Shown: positions 41,930-53,762 of the stretch, in pieces
How positions within the stretch are numbered: the first letter of the stretch is position 1
Layout of the letters: the number at the start of each line of letters is the position of its first letter
Source: Octopus vulgaris
Taxonomy: Eukaryota
Length of the DNA stretch: 64,000 nt
Direction: 5' to 3'
Assembly: GCA_951406725.2 (NCBI GenBank)
Contig: OX597815.1
Span: 191,642,001 to 191,706,000, forward strand
Notes under the pieces: model-generated
The model's database searches: none
What the model saw: the letters and a program-made list of their open reading frames with translations, nothing else
Told to the model about the DNA's origin: nothing
Translations under genes and position numbers: made by a program

Positions 41930-42194
41930 CATGTATACACATACATTGTATATACATGCACACACACACGTATATATCTGTCGTTGGGCGAATGTTCATA
42001 GTGAAGAACTACAAAGAAAAATTACAAAAACAAAAAAAAATTACGAAGTTTATGTTTAGCTCGTCCATGAAATATGTGCGATTATAAGCTAGGGCGAGTT
42101 AAAAATTTTGTGGGATAAGATGATTAAAATGTTGAGATTAAATAATTATAATACTGAGAAAAATTTAAAAGTAGAAAAGTACTCTTAAATTTTT

Positions 42195-43143
42195 GCCACA
42201 AGGGCAGCTTGGGATGAGTCGATTACATAGATCCCAGTGTTCGATTAGTACTTATTTTATCGACCCCGAAAAGATGAAAGGCAAAGTCGACCGCGGCGGA
42301 ATTTGAACTCAGAACGTAGCTACGGGCAAAATCCCGCCAAGTATTTCGTCCAGCGTGCGAACGATTCTTATTACACATAGAGGGGACAAACAAGGACAGA
42401 CAAACGGATTAAGTCGAATATATCGACTCCAGTGCGTAACTGGTGCTTATTTAATCCACCCTGAAAGTATGAATGGCAAAGTCGACCTCGGCGGAATTTG
42501 AACTCAGAACGTAATGGCAGACGAAATATCTATTTCTTTGCTGCCCACAAGGAGCTACACACAGAGGGGACAAACAAGGACAGACAAACGGATTAAGTCG
42601 ATTATATCGACCCCAGTGCGTAACTGGTACTTATTTAATCGACCCCGAAAGGATGAAAGGCAAAGTCGACCTCGGTGGAATTTGAACTCAGAACGTTCAG
42701 ACAGACAAAATACCTATTTCTATTTCTTTACTACCCACAAGGGGCTAAACACAGAGAGGACAAACAAGGACAGACAAACGGATTAAGTCGATTATATCGA
42801 CGCCAGTGCGTAACTGGTAATCAATTTATCGACCCCGAAAGGATGAAAGGCAAAGTCGACCTCGGTGGAATTTGAACTCAGAACGTTCAGACAGACAAAA
42901 TATCTATTTCTATTTCTTTACTACCCACAAGGGGCTAAACACAGAGAGGACAAACAAGGACAGACAAACGGATTAAGTCGATTATATCGACGCCAGTGCG
43001 TAACTGGTAATCAATTTATCGACCCCGAAAGGATGAAAGGCAAAGTCGACCTCGGCGGAATTTGAACTCAGAACGTAACGGCAGACGAAATACGGCTACG
43101 CATTTCGCCCAGCGTGCTAACGGTTCTGCCAGCTCGCCGCCTT
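42195..43143 (-). mobile_element. Tandem SINE B array (~5 units)
   Basis: Repeated units; the two 190-bp units at 42675 and 42865 are nearly identical; head at 43143. Confidence 0.92.
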
Positions 43144-43157
43144 CGAAAGTTTGGGTT

Positions 43158-43268
43158 GCTTACAGGTTTCCCAAGCGGTCAGCCATCAAAGTACTCACTA
43201 GGTTCGACGTTGCTTAACTTCGGTAATCGGACGAGAACCGGTGCTTTCAACGTGATTTGGCCGTAAGT
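43158..43268 (-). pseudogene. 5S rRNA pseudogene
   Basis: Reverse complement cttacggccaaatcacgttgaaagcaccggttctcgtccgattaccgaagttaagcaacgtcga...gtact..gatgg..gaccgc.tgggaa..ctgtaagc matches metazoan 5S, with substitutions and a short 3' deletion. Confidence 0.9.
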
Positions 43269-44384
43269 ATCTTTCTCAGTATAATAATTTATTTAATCTA
43301 TAGATTTTAATCATCTTATCGCACCAAATTTTGAACTCGTTAGATGTTTTCAATATTGACAGTCTACAGAAAGATGGAGCTTGATTGCATTTAAGATCGT
43401 ATTAGCAGAATTATTTTATTTTATTTATCCATTTATTATTCCTTCTTTTCTCTCTCTTCTCTTTCTTTGTTATTTATTATTATTGTTGCTTTCTCTTTTT
43501 CTTTCATTTCACAAAAAAAAGGCTCCTGTCTCCATTTGTTCTATACAAGACTTCACGGTCCTATGGTCGTGCTGTTTTAAATTATAACAGGGAAAACTGG
43601 GAATAAAAAAAGTTTATTATATGAAAAAAACCCTATTTAATCTCAACATTTTAATCATCTTACCCCACCAAATTTTGAACTCGTCCTAGCTTATAATCGT
43701 ACATATTTCATGGACGAGCTAAACTTCTTTTTTTTTTTTTTGGTAATTTTTCTTAGCAGTTCTACACTATGAACATTCGCCCAACCACATGGAATACCGG
43801 AATTTATGAAATTCTTATACTTGTATCTAATTACTGTATATTCTTAAACATATTTTTACAATCCCAAGAATAATTTTATGATTTTCTTTAAAAATTCCGA
43901 ATCCCTACATATTCTCCGACGAAGGAAATGTGGATTACCGAAGTTCAAAAACTCTTACCCACACACTTCTTCGCACATTCCCGGAAATGGCAGTAAGACT
44001 CTTTCTATTTATTGGATTCATTTGACAACTTCCCTTTGGATTATTGAGAACTTTTACCTCGTCAGCATGGACTTCTTAATTTATCTGTATGTATTTATTT
44101 ATTCAATTACTTATCCGACTTTGATTTGGGAGCGAATTTACACTATTATATGTATATATATATGTTTTTGTATGTTGTGTTGGCATGCTTATAATGGCTT
44201 ATAGATGCCCACTGTGTTTAGATATGTATCGGCTTTGATGATGTGTATTATTGACCTTAGAATTTGTCTCTTTCAAATTAATACTTTATATATTTCCTTC
44301 CGGTCATTCAAAATGTGACCGCGTGTGTACCGTTGGCAATTTTTTTCCTCTGCCTTCCCTTCCTTGGATCTTTCCTTCTCCTAT

Positions 44385-44419
44385 GTTTCCGACGAAAAGC
44401 TCCGCTCGAAACGTTAAAC
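44385..44419 (+). ncRNA. Minimal hammerhead motif (variant core CCGACGA) in a pLTR-like end
   Basis: gttt-CCGACGA-aa-agc(tcc)gct-c-GAAA-CG-TT-aaac; the element ends at (TA)n ~44511. Confidence 0.6.
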
Positions 44420-44522
44420 CCTCCTTCTTTCCTGAGCGTCCAATAATACTATATTTGTTCCAAGTCCTCGCGTTGTTGTGTTTTTTTGTGCTTTCTTGTT
44501 TGGATTAACTTATATATATATA

Positions 44523-44560
<38 letters not shown>

Positions 44561-44562
<2 letters not shown>

Positions 44563-44808
44563 TACTATTTAAGAAGAATGGTTCCGGTGCGCGTACTCGC
44601 GCATACGCGCTAGCTAGTCGTGACTAGTTGATCCTTACTTTCTGTTTTATTTACTTTGTTTAAAAAATGATTTACTTTGTGTAAAAAAAATTATTCATTT
44701 TGTGTTTTATTTGCTTTGCTAGGTAGTTGTTGTATGATCGACTAGTCACGACTAGCTAGCGCGGATGCGCGAGTGGGCGCACCGGGACCGCTCTTCTTAA
44801 ATAGTACC
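44561..44808. mobile_element. MITE with ~75-bp TIRs (GGTAC termini, Merlin-like)
   Basis: ggtactatttaagaagaatggttccggtgcgc... / ...gcgcaccgggaccgctcttcttaaatagtacc. Confidence 0.85.
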
Positions 44809-44821
44809 TATATTGTGTGTG

Positions 44822-45186
44822 TGCATGAGTGGTAATAAGGTTGCTTTCCACCCACACGGTTCCGGGTTCAGTCCCACTACATGGCACCTTGGGCAGGTGT
44901 CTTCTGCTATAGCCTCGGGCTGACCAAAGCCTTGTGAGTAGATTTGGTTGACGGAAACTGAAAGAAGCCCGTTGAATATATATACATATCTGTATTTGTA
45001 TGTCTGTTTGCCCCACCCCCATCGCTTGACAAGCGATGTTGGTGTATTTACGTCCCCGTAACTTAGCGGTTCGAGAAAAAAGACCGATAGAATTAGTACT
45101 AGGCTTACAAAAAATAAGTCATTGGGGTAGATTTGCTCGACTAAAGACGCTGCTCCAGCATGGCTGCAGTCAAATGACAGACAAGA
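44822..45186 (+). mobile_element. SINE family A
   Basis: Head, core and tail present. Confidence 0.88.
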
Positions 45187-45202
45187 ATATATTATGTAGG
45201 TA

Positions 45203-45436
45203 GAAGGCGGCGAGCTGGCAGAATCGTTAGCACGCCGGGCGAAATGCGTAGCCGTATTTCGTCTGCCGTTACGTTCTGAGTTCAAATTCCACCGAGGTCG
45301 ACTTTGCCTTTCATCCTTTTGGGGTCGATAAATTAAGTACCAGTTACGCACTGGGGTCGATGTAATCGACTTGATCTGTTTGTCTGTCCTTGTTTGTCCC
45401 TTCTGTGTTTAGCCCCTTGTGGGTAGTAATGAAATA
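45203..45436 (+). mobile_element. SINE family B, full-length monomer
   Basis: A-box-like tggcagaatcgttag, B box gagttcaaattcc; probable TSD tattatRtaggtag. Confidence 0.92.
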
Positions 45437-46159
45437 CATATATTATATAGGTAGGTAGATAGATACTTGGCTGTTAGGCGGGTAAACAAGGACAAAACAA
45501 CAGCAATAAGTTATAAGAAAGAGGAGGAGGAGGAAGAGAGAGATAGAAAGGTGGGGATAGAGAGGAAGAGAAAGAGCAATGATACGTATTACACACATAA
45601 ACTTACATTCACACAGGTCCATACACGTACACACTTGTAACCAAATGCCTCTATAGACGTGTTGGCAACTATGGTGATATAGGAAATTTATTGAACAGCA
45701 TACGTAGAAACTATTTTATTTCATTATAGAAATATCTAGAAAATATTATCAAGTATTTTAATAGCAACAAACGCGTGCTTTATTAAAATACTCACCATAT
45801 TTATAGTGATTTTCCGATTACGCTTGTATGGCTGTATGCTGAGTAATGATTATTTCGTGTTCATTTTTCTATTGTTATTTAATATCACATTCTCTTTACA
45901 ATCACATTATTATGTGCAGTAAAATATTGTGTGAATGTACCAAGAGGGAAGTATGTTACTAATTGGAGCACCTAGTTTTTGGCACTAGAAGAGTCTTGTT
46001 AAAAGCTTTACGGTGATGTAACACTATTTTCCTGGTGTGTGTACGTATGTACGCAAGGACTTACGAAATGTATGTCGTTGCTATTATGTTAAACTGTCGT
46101 ATGTCCAAATCTGGCCAAGTGCATTTTTTACAATATTCATTTTTGCTTGCAGAAGCCCG

Positions 46160-46574
46160 GGATCTTCTCGGTTTGAACGGCAGTTTTTAACATAATTTCT
46201 AGGTAACTAAAAAATTTTAAACTTCGTATACTGGTAGAATGTGTTTATAAAACATCTTTTTCTCTTGGCTTTATTGAGAAAATTCTATAGTTTGTAAGAT
46301 ATTTGTTGTTTTTTTTCTTCGATTTCTGCAATTTCAACCAATCAGTGACGTCTACTGAGTTAAAAAGTATTCTGTGCCGTATGGATATGTCCCTCGTTTA
46401 AGAAACAAATTGAGTTTATTTACATTTGTGAAGAAAAAAGATACCCTTCCCCCACCCCAACCCTAACCCTAAAACAGATTGAAATGCAATAGATCGATTC
46501 TAGGGTCATAATTATGGGTGACAATTTCATATTACTCTGCTAGAAAAAAACTGCCATTCAAACCAAAAAGATCC
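46160..46574. mobile_element. MITE, same family as 5216-5627, opposite orientation
   Basis: GGATC..GATCC TIRs; 8-bp TSD gaagcccg/aaagcccg. Confidence 0.9.
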
Positions 46575-47008
46575 AAAGCCCGTTCTTTTGGTTAAACTAT
46601 CGTATCTCCAGCTGCTTCAGATGCCAAGATATCAAAAATTGTCAACGTGTAGTACAACAGTTTTGCTATGGAATGGTGAATGTATCTTTTTGTTTTCTGA
46701 AAATGCAACATTTTGGACTTACGACACTTTTGCATAATAGCAACGAAGTGTGTGTATGACAAACACAATACACACTTGTATGTGCATGACGGGTAGTCAC
46801 CGTGTGTGTTTGTGTAGCCATCTACCTATCAATTTATATATGTACATATGTGTCTATGTGTATCGTATACATATTCATACATACACACTTAGACATGCAT
46901 ACATACATACATACATACATACACACACAAGTATGCGTGTGTATGTGTGCGTGTCTTTGTTTCTTCCACATCTTGACAACCAGTGTTAGTAACTACGCCA
47001 TATACCCA

Positions 47009-47232
47009 CGGCATATGGCGTAATGGTTACAGGCGCGGGCTACTAACCCCAAGATTCCGAGTTCGATTCCAGGCAGTGACCCGAATAATAATAATATCGA
47101 AAAGTACCTTAGGAATGAGAACCCAGGTTCGAAATTCCCTCAAGACACCTGATGAAGGCTGGAGGGTATATCAGCCGAAACGTTGTGTTAACAACAAAGA
47201 TGAGGACAAATATCCGTCAACTGTAAATAATG
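47009..47232 (+). mobile_element. Short element: tRNA-like Pol III head followed by a hammerhead ribozyme
   Basis: A box TGGCGTAATGG (47016), anticodon-like arm ggg-ctactaa-ccc, B box GAGTTCGATTCC (~47059), hammerhead at 47144-47189; ends in (TG)/(TA)n. Confidence 0.7.
47144..47189 (+). ncRNA. Type I hammerhead ribozyme, canonical core
   Basis: gacac-CTGATGA-a-ggctg(gagggtatat)cagcc-GAAA-CG-TT-gtgtt; palindromic stem III aacgtt; GUU site ends at 47184. Confidence 0.85.
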
Positions 47233-47273
47233 TGTGTGCGTGTGTATATGTATATATATATATATATATATTT

Positions 47274-47308
<35 letters not shown>

Positions 47309-47311
<3 letters not shown>

Positions 47312-47585
47312 CTTTGCCTTTCATCCTCTCGGGGTCGATAAATTAAGTACCAGTTACGCATTCGGGTCGATATAATTGACTTAATCCGTTTGTCTGTCCT
47401 TGTTTGTCCTCTCTGTGTTTAGCCCCCTTGTGTGTAGTAAAGAAATAGGTATTTCGTCTGCCGCTACGTTCTGAGATCAAATTCCGCCCGGGGCGATGAA
47501 ATAAAGTACCAGTTATGCACTGGGATCGATATAATTGACTAGCCCTCTCCATTCCTCCAAAATTAAAGGCCTTGTATTTTGAGTA
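47309..47585 (+). mobile_element. SINE B partial dimer
   Basis: Junction gaaataggtatttc at 47442. Confidence 0.85.
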
Positions 47586-47613
47586 GAAATAATCATTACT
47601 GATTATGTGTGAA

Positions 47614-48250
47614 GCCGCGTGGTTTAGTAGTTATGGATGTAAGGTCGTGAGTTCGATTCCCAGCTCGTTGTGTTCTTGAGCAATACACTTTACTTTACGT
47701 TGCTCCAGTCCACTCAGCTGGCAAAAACAAGTTGTACTTTGTTATTCAAAGGGGTCAGCCTTGTCACATTCTGTGTCACGCTGTATCTCATTGAGCACTA
47801 CGTTAAGGGTACACGTGTCTGTGGAGTGATCAGCTACTTTCATATTTTCAAGAGCAGGCTGTTCCGTTGATCGGATCAATTGGAACCTTTGTTGTTGCAA
47901 CTGACAGAGTGCCACGAATTAGATTAGAGCGAAGGTGTTTGATCAAGTGGATAAGTTATTTGGCTCACGATGGTAAGGTCACAAGTTCAATATCCAGCAG
48001 TGCATTGCGTCCTTGAGCAAGACACTTTATTTCACATTGATCCAGTCCAATCAGCTGGCAAAATGAGTAGTATCTGTATTTCAAAGGTCCACCCTTGTCA
48101 CACACTGTGTCACGCTGAATCTCACTGAGCACTACGTTAAGGGTATGTGTGTCTGCGGAGTGCTCAGCCATTTGCACTTTAATTTCACGAGCTGGCTGTT
48201 CCGTCGATCGAACCAACCGGAACACTTATAGTCGTAATCGATGGAGTACC
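47614..48250 (+). mobile_element. Two tandem SINE family C copies
   Basis: Two repeats of ..cttgagcaa.acacttta..ctccagtcc..tcagctggcaaaa..ctacgttaagggta..ctgttccgt.gatcg. Confidence 0.82.
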
Positions 48251-48539
48251 AGTTACTGATTACGTTTAGCTGTCTTACATTGTAAGAAATTCGTTGTATA
48301 AAACCAATTTGTTACCGGCTGTCAGAAACATCAAGCTAGTTGAACATACCATAACTAAACCAACGAAACTGGAGTGATTTATAATGAATAGGTGATCAAA
48401 CGTCTCTTCTTTGAGATTAATCGTCATCAGAATATCTCCGTCTGTAACCTATTTCGACTGTTTCAAGGCTAAGATTACTTGGCGACGTCGAAATGGCTGG
48501 AATTTTCAGTGAAGTTTATTTTCCTATTTATATAGAATC

Positions 48540-48923
48540 TATCTTTTACTTGTTTCAGTCATTAGACTGCGGCCATGCTAGGACATCACCTTGAAGAATG
48601 TTTTTAATTGAATGAATCGATCCCATTACTTACCTTCTTCTTTTAAGCCTGGTACTCATTGTATGGGTGTCTTTGGTCGAACCGGTAATTTACGGAAACG
48701 TAAACACACCAACACCGGCTGTCAAACGATGGTGGTGGTAGGTGGGGGGACAAATACAGATACACACACACATACAGGACGAGCTTCTACCAGTTTCCGT
48801 CTAACAAATCCACTCAAGGCTTTGGTTGGCCCGAGGCTATAGTAGAAGACACTTGCCCGAAGTGCCGCGTAATGAGACTGAACCCGGGACCATGTGGTTC
48901 AGAAGTGATCTTCTTACCGCGCC
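48540..48923 (-). mobile_element. SINE family A (diverged)
   Basis: Reverse-complement match to family A. Confidence 0.85.
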
Positions 48924-49556
48924 TAAATTCTATATAAACCCCGTGATAGAATTCAATGAATTCAATCATTAATTATACTCTGCCCTACTTGTAACGTACG
49001 ACGACCCAGGGTGGTGAATCTTAAGACAGTCGCTTGATCAGCAAGAATTAGTAGCTAAATACCCTGATATCACACACAGCTAGGCTGTGTGGGGACCGGC
49101 ATGTCAAAGAACAAGCCAACCGTTTTCCCTGCTTGTCTAAAAAAGGGCATTTAATAAGCGACAAAAGGAAGTTGAGGTAGGATTTGTACTCCGACCTCGT
49201 GAAGCCCTCACCAGCAACGAATACCCAAAATAGACCCATGGGTTGGAGTGGTGCCACCTGCCGGGAGTAGGAAATCACCAACAAGTAGTATATATAGCAA
49301 GGCACTGTTACACTACATGACTCCATACTACTTCTGCTACTACTATTACTACTACTACTACACCCAGCCGTTTTTTTAAAGACAATGAAGGGACTCAGAC
49401 AATGTCGTAGATATATAAAATAATGGAATAGCAACGCCAGGAACGCCTTTGATCATCGGTCTACTCATGAATGACAGACCTGAAGTAAAACTACTACTAC
49501 TACTACACTTGTTACTGCTACACCTGCTACTACTACTATCACAACAGAACATGAAA

Positions 49557-49778
49557 TATTGGTTTTAGATTTTGACACAGGGTCAGCATTTTCGGAGCAG
49601 GGTTAAGTCTATTACATCAAACTCCAGTGCTCAACTGGTACTTAATTATCGACTCCGAAAGGATGAAAGGCAATGTTGACCTTAGCGGAAATTGAACTCA
49701 GCAGAATGTAAAGACCGACAAGATGCTGCTTAGTATTTTGCACAGCGTGCTTAACGACTCTGCCAACTCGCCGCCTTA
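49557..49778 (-). mobile_element. SINE family B (older subfamily with alternative tail)
   Basis: Reverse-complement match to head and core. Confidence 0.8.
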
Positions 49779-50497
49779 ACGTAACATGAAATACAGGAAA
49801 AGAAAAGAAAAAAGAAAAGAAAAGAAAAAGGAAAGATAAACTTTTCTGCCATTAATCATTCTAAAGTTTTCATTAATTCCATTGTGGTTTCCAGAATTGA
49901 CAATAGTAATCTCGTTTTCTAAACGTAATCCAAACTGCACCGGAAGTTAAAAAATCTTCATGCTAAATCTGTGCTTGCTTTGACGGAAATACCTTCTCAA
50001 CATTAATTGCCGATAAAAGGGCGTATAAACTTAAAAAATCCTTCTGATTTAGACGAATATCAACTCATTATCCCCTTATTACTGAACCAATCATTACTAA
50101 TATACTTTCAAGATCTACTTCCATATTTATCCAGTACCAGTTGGTAGTAATTATTATTAAGAAAAATATTTTTGAACATACTAATGTAAGGATATGGAAC
50201 GCATTACAGCTTTTAGAAAATTTCTAGAAATCTCACAACTTTAAAAAGGAACAACTTGTTTTGTTTACTTTTCGAGGATTTAAAATCTAACATATTTCCC
50301 TTGCAGAAATTAGATGGTATTTGGTAAAACGAGCAGTGGCTACTATGCGTAGATGTTTTATATTGGTTTTAAATTTTGGCAGAAGATTAGCAATTTCGAG
50401 GAAGAAGTAAGTCGATTACCAACTGGTACTTATTTTATCGACCCCGAAAAGATAAAAGGACATCCTTTGTCTTCCATTTTGAAACTGATAAAGCATT

Positions 50498-51575
50498 TAA
50501 GGTAACCAGCTGGCAGAATCGTTAGCATGCCGAGCGAAATGCGTAGCCGTATTTCGTCTGCCGTTACGTTCTGAGTTCGAATTCTGCCGAGGTCGACTTT
50601 GCCTTTCCTCCTTTCGGGGTCGATTAAATAAGTACCAATTACGCACTGGGGTCGATGTAATCAACTTAATCCCTTTGTCTGTCCTTGTTTGTCTCCTCTG
50701 TGTTTAGCCCCTTGTGGGTAGTAAAGAAATATGTATTTCGTCTGTCGCTACGTTCTGAGTTCAAATTCCGCCGAGGTCAACTTTGCCTTTCATCCTTTCG
50801 GGGTCAATTAAATAAGTACCAGTTACGCACTGGGGTCGATATAATCGACTTAATCCGTTTGTCTGTCCTTGTTTGTCCCCTCTGTGTTTAGCCACTTGTG
50901 GGTAGTAAAGAAATAGGTACTTCGCCTGCCGCTACGTTTTGAGTTCGAATTTTTGTCCCCTCTGTGTGTAGCCCCTTGTGGGCAGTAAAGAAATAAGAAT
51001 CGTTAGCACGCCGGGCAAACTGCTTAACAGTATTTCGTCCGTTTTTACATTCTGTGTTCAAGTTCTGCCGAGACCGACTCTGCCTTTTATCCTTTCGAGA
51101 TCGATAAAATAAGTACCAGTTGAACACTGGGGCCGATGTAATCGACTTACCCACTTGCCCGAAATTACTGGCCTTGTGCCAAAATTTGAAACATATAACC
51201 AAAATGGAAGATTCCGCCGAGGTTGATTTTATCTTTCATCCTTTCGGGATCGATAAATTAAGTACCAGTCGAGCACTGGGTCAATGTAATCGACTTAGCC
51301 CCTCCCCTGAAATTACTGGCCGAGTGCCAAAATTCGAAACCAGTATTAAAATGGAAGATAAAGCGGCAAGCTGGCAGAATCTTTACCGCGCTGGGAAAAA
51401 AAGCTTAGCAGTATTTCTTCCGACTTTACGTTCTGAGTTTACATTTCTCCGAGCTCGCTCGACGTTGTGTTTCATTCATTCGAGGGTAGATGAAATAAGT
51501 ACCAGTTAAGTACTGGGGCCTGAGGAAATCGATTTACCTTCCTCCAAGTTTGTTGGCCTTGGGCCAAAATTTTAA
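50498..51575 (+). mobile_element. Mixed tandem SINE B array
   Basis: Head at ~50500; junctions at 50726 and 50910; then three units with the alternative ggccttgtgccaaaattt tail. Confidence 0.88.
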
Positions 51576-51576
51576 A

Positions 51577-51985
51577 TCTCTCTCTCTCTATATATATATA
51601 TATAAAGCTGAAGTTGTCTGTGTATGGCAGGTTTGGTAGCCTCCAACTAACACTATCTCCTCCGAGACCCTGCGGCGCAAGTTGACCAAAATTGAGAGTA
51701 TGATAGAAGAAGGCTTGCTCTTCCTTCCGTAGAAGAAAAAATTCAAATCAGACCATGTTAACACCAAAAATTATTTACATCAAAAAGGTGTTCTTTTTTT
51801 CTATGAAAATCCCTATTTTTTACGATTTTTTTTACTGCTGTGTCGCTATTTTTGGGTGTATTTCAACCAGAAAAATGTTCACTTAAAGAGAATAACAAAC
51901 TAAATAATGCAAATGTTTTACTTTTCAAAAATTCCAATTCTAAAGGGTTGAAACAAACCCGAGCAACGCCGGGTGATACTGCTAG
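51577..51985 (+). mobile_element. Non-autonomous Helitron (distinct interior)
   Basis: A|TC start; cccgagcaacgccgggtgatactgCTAG|T end; splits a SINE B tail. Confidence 0.8.
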
Positions 51986-53159
51986 TTAATATTAAAATGG
52001 AAGAAACATATCCGAGACTGTATACCAAGCAAACGCTCTTCAAGTACAACGTAGTAACTTCTATATGAGGAAGGAAATAATCTATTTAGTGGCGATGACT
52101 CAAGTTAAATAGCGGTAACGATCGTATAAGATGTCAACTAATGTCAAGATGAACCAATCAGGGAGTCTCTATGTGATCGCTCGACCTGACAGAAATAGCA
52201 ACCATATCTCCCGTAAATCAAATGCCGCTATCGTAAATAAAGGACACGTTGCGTAATATAGTCCTCGATAAAGTTATTCCAGCCTAGATAAACACGGATG
52301 GAATAGCTTTTATGATAAATCAACTCGATCTCGGCTGACTTGGAACTAAACAACAGCTTTAAGCTGTCACAAGACAAGAGAAAGATAGATTTAAGACATA
52401 CTAAAGCTAAATATATAAAAAGAAGTGCTGAAACAAATATTTATGAAAGTATGTTAAATGTAAGTTGACAAGCAGAGTAATTATTCCAACTGATTAGGTT
52501 TACAGCTCTAAAGGATAAAGTAATGTTAAGCACCAGTTCTTCAGCAATATCTTCACAGAATTAAAATATGGCGTCTTATTGTCTTAAGTTACTGCATACT
52601 TTTGGAAGACAATCCTGACGTGATATAACCTGGGTGTTTACTATGTCGAAATCGATACTTGAAGTTAAGACATTCCGGGATTTCGCAATTGTGAGAATTA
52701 GTTGATATATTGCAACAAGTAACTTAGATATTTAACCCTTTCGTTTTGTCTCCAGAGCTCGGCTGAAGGAAAAAGTGGGGGATATGATATATACCTAATA
52801 ATAATGAACAGAAGCCAGCGTGAAGGAACGCACAAACATGAAATCTTAGAATTTCATCATTCATCAAATAGAGGCCATTCACACAAGTTATTTAAGAAGC
52901 AGAACAACAAACTAGTTTGTAAGCCTCGAACATTCTCGAAGAAAATACTTAAAAACAAAAATGTGAAAAGCGGAAACAGTAGTTCATCGACTCCTTGTTT
53001 CATCCAATAAATTTATACGTTTTAAGTATACGCCATTAGAGAATTGCCACAGTTAGCTTCAAATACAGATTCTCTACATGAAATACGATGTCTTTGATAC
53101 ACACAAAGGTTTTATAAATGTTCTCTTATTCTTTTAATGGTTTTCATTAAGAAGTTAGT

Positions 53160-53360
53160 AATCCTTTCTACTATAGGCACAAGGCCTGAAATTTGGGGGA
53201 GGGGGGCTAGTCGATTACATCGACCCTAGTGTTCTATTGGTTCCATAAAAGGTTGGAATATGATGTCGACCTCGGCGGAACTCGAACTCAGAATGTAAAG
53301 ACGGACGAAATGCTAAGCATTTTGCCGGCGTGCTAACGATTCTGCCAGCTCGCCGCCCTA
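53160..53360 (-). mobile_element. SINE family B variant
   Basis: Reverse-complement head ggcggcgagctggcagaatcgttagc; another diverged copy at 53798-53990. Confidence 0.8.
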
Positions 53361-53450
53361 ATTAAAAGTTAATAATAGTTAGAAGCTTATAACTTGTTAA
53401 ATAATTTTGTAAATAAACTATCTCATTAACAGTCATGTATAATTATATAC

Positions 53451-53762
53451 GTGGAGGCACATGGCTTAGTGGTTAGAGCAGCGGACTCGCGGTCGAGGGA
53501 TCGCAGGTTCGAATCTTAGACCGGGCGATGTGTGTGTTTATGAGCGAAACACCTAAGCTCCATGCGGCTCCGCCAGAAGATAATGGCGAACTTCAGCTGA
53601 CCCTTTTGTCACAACTTTCTCTCACTCTCTCCTCCTGCATCTTGCAGCTCACCTGCGACGGACCGGCGTCCTGTCCAGGTGGGGAACCTAAACGCCAAGG
53701 AAACCGGGAAACTGGCCCTTATGAGCCAGGCGTGGGTCGAGAAGGAACAAACAAACAACAAA
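53451..53762 (+). mobile_element. SINE family D
   Basis: A box tggcttagtgg, B box ggttcgaatc, (CAAA)n tail; related to 9283-9594. Confidence 0.85.

Larger units (their letters stand above)
41979..43789. mobile_element. Non-autonomous DNA transposon with ~165-bp TIRs (TGT...ACA termini, Ginger-like), containing a SINE array and a 5S pseudogene
   Basis: 41979-42143 is the reverse complement of 43633-43789; an extra subterminal copy lies at 43290-43340; no clear TSD. Confidence 0.7.

Noticed and set aside
43158-43268. Functional 5S rRNA gene
   Set aside because: Deletion in the 3' helix, several substitutions, no oligo-T terminator, and an isolated copy.
47009-47080. Functional tRNA gene
   Set aside because: Acceptor and T stems pair poorly; treated as a SINE-type head. 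The same applies to 53451-53525.
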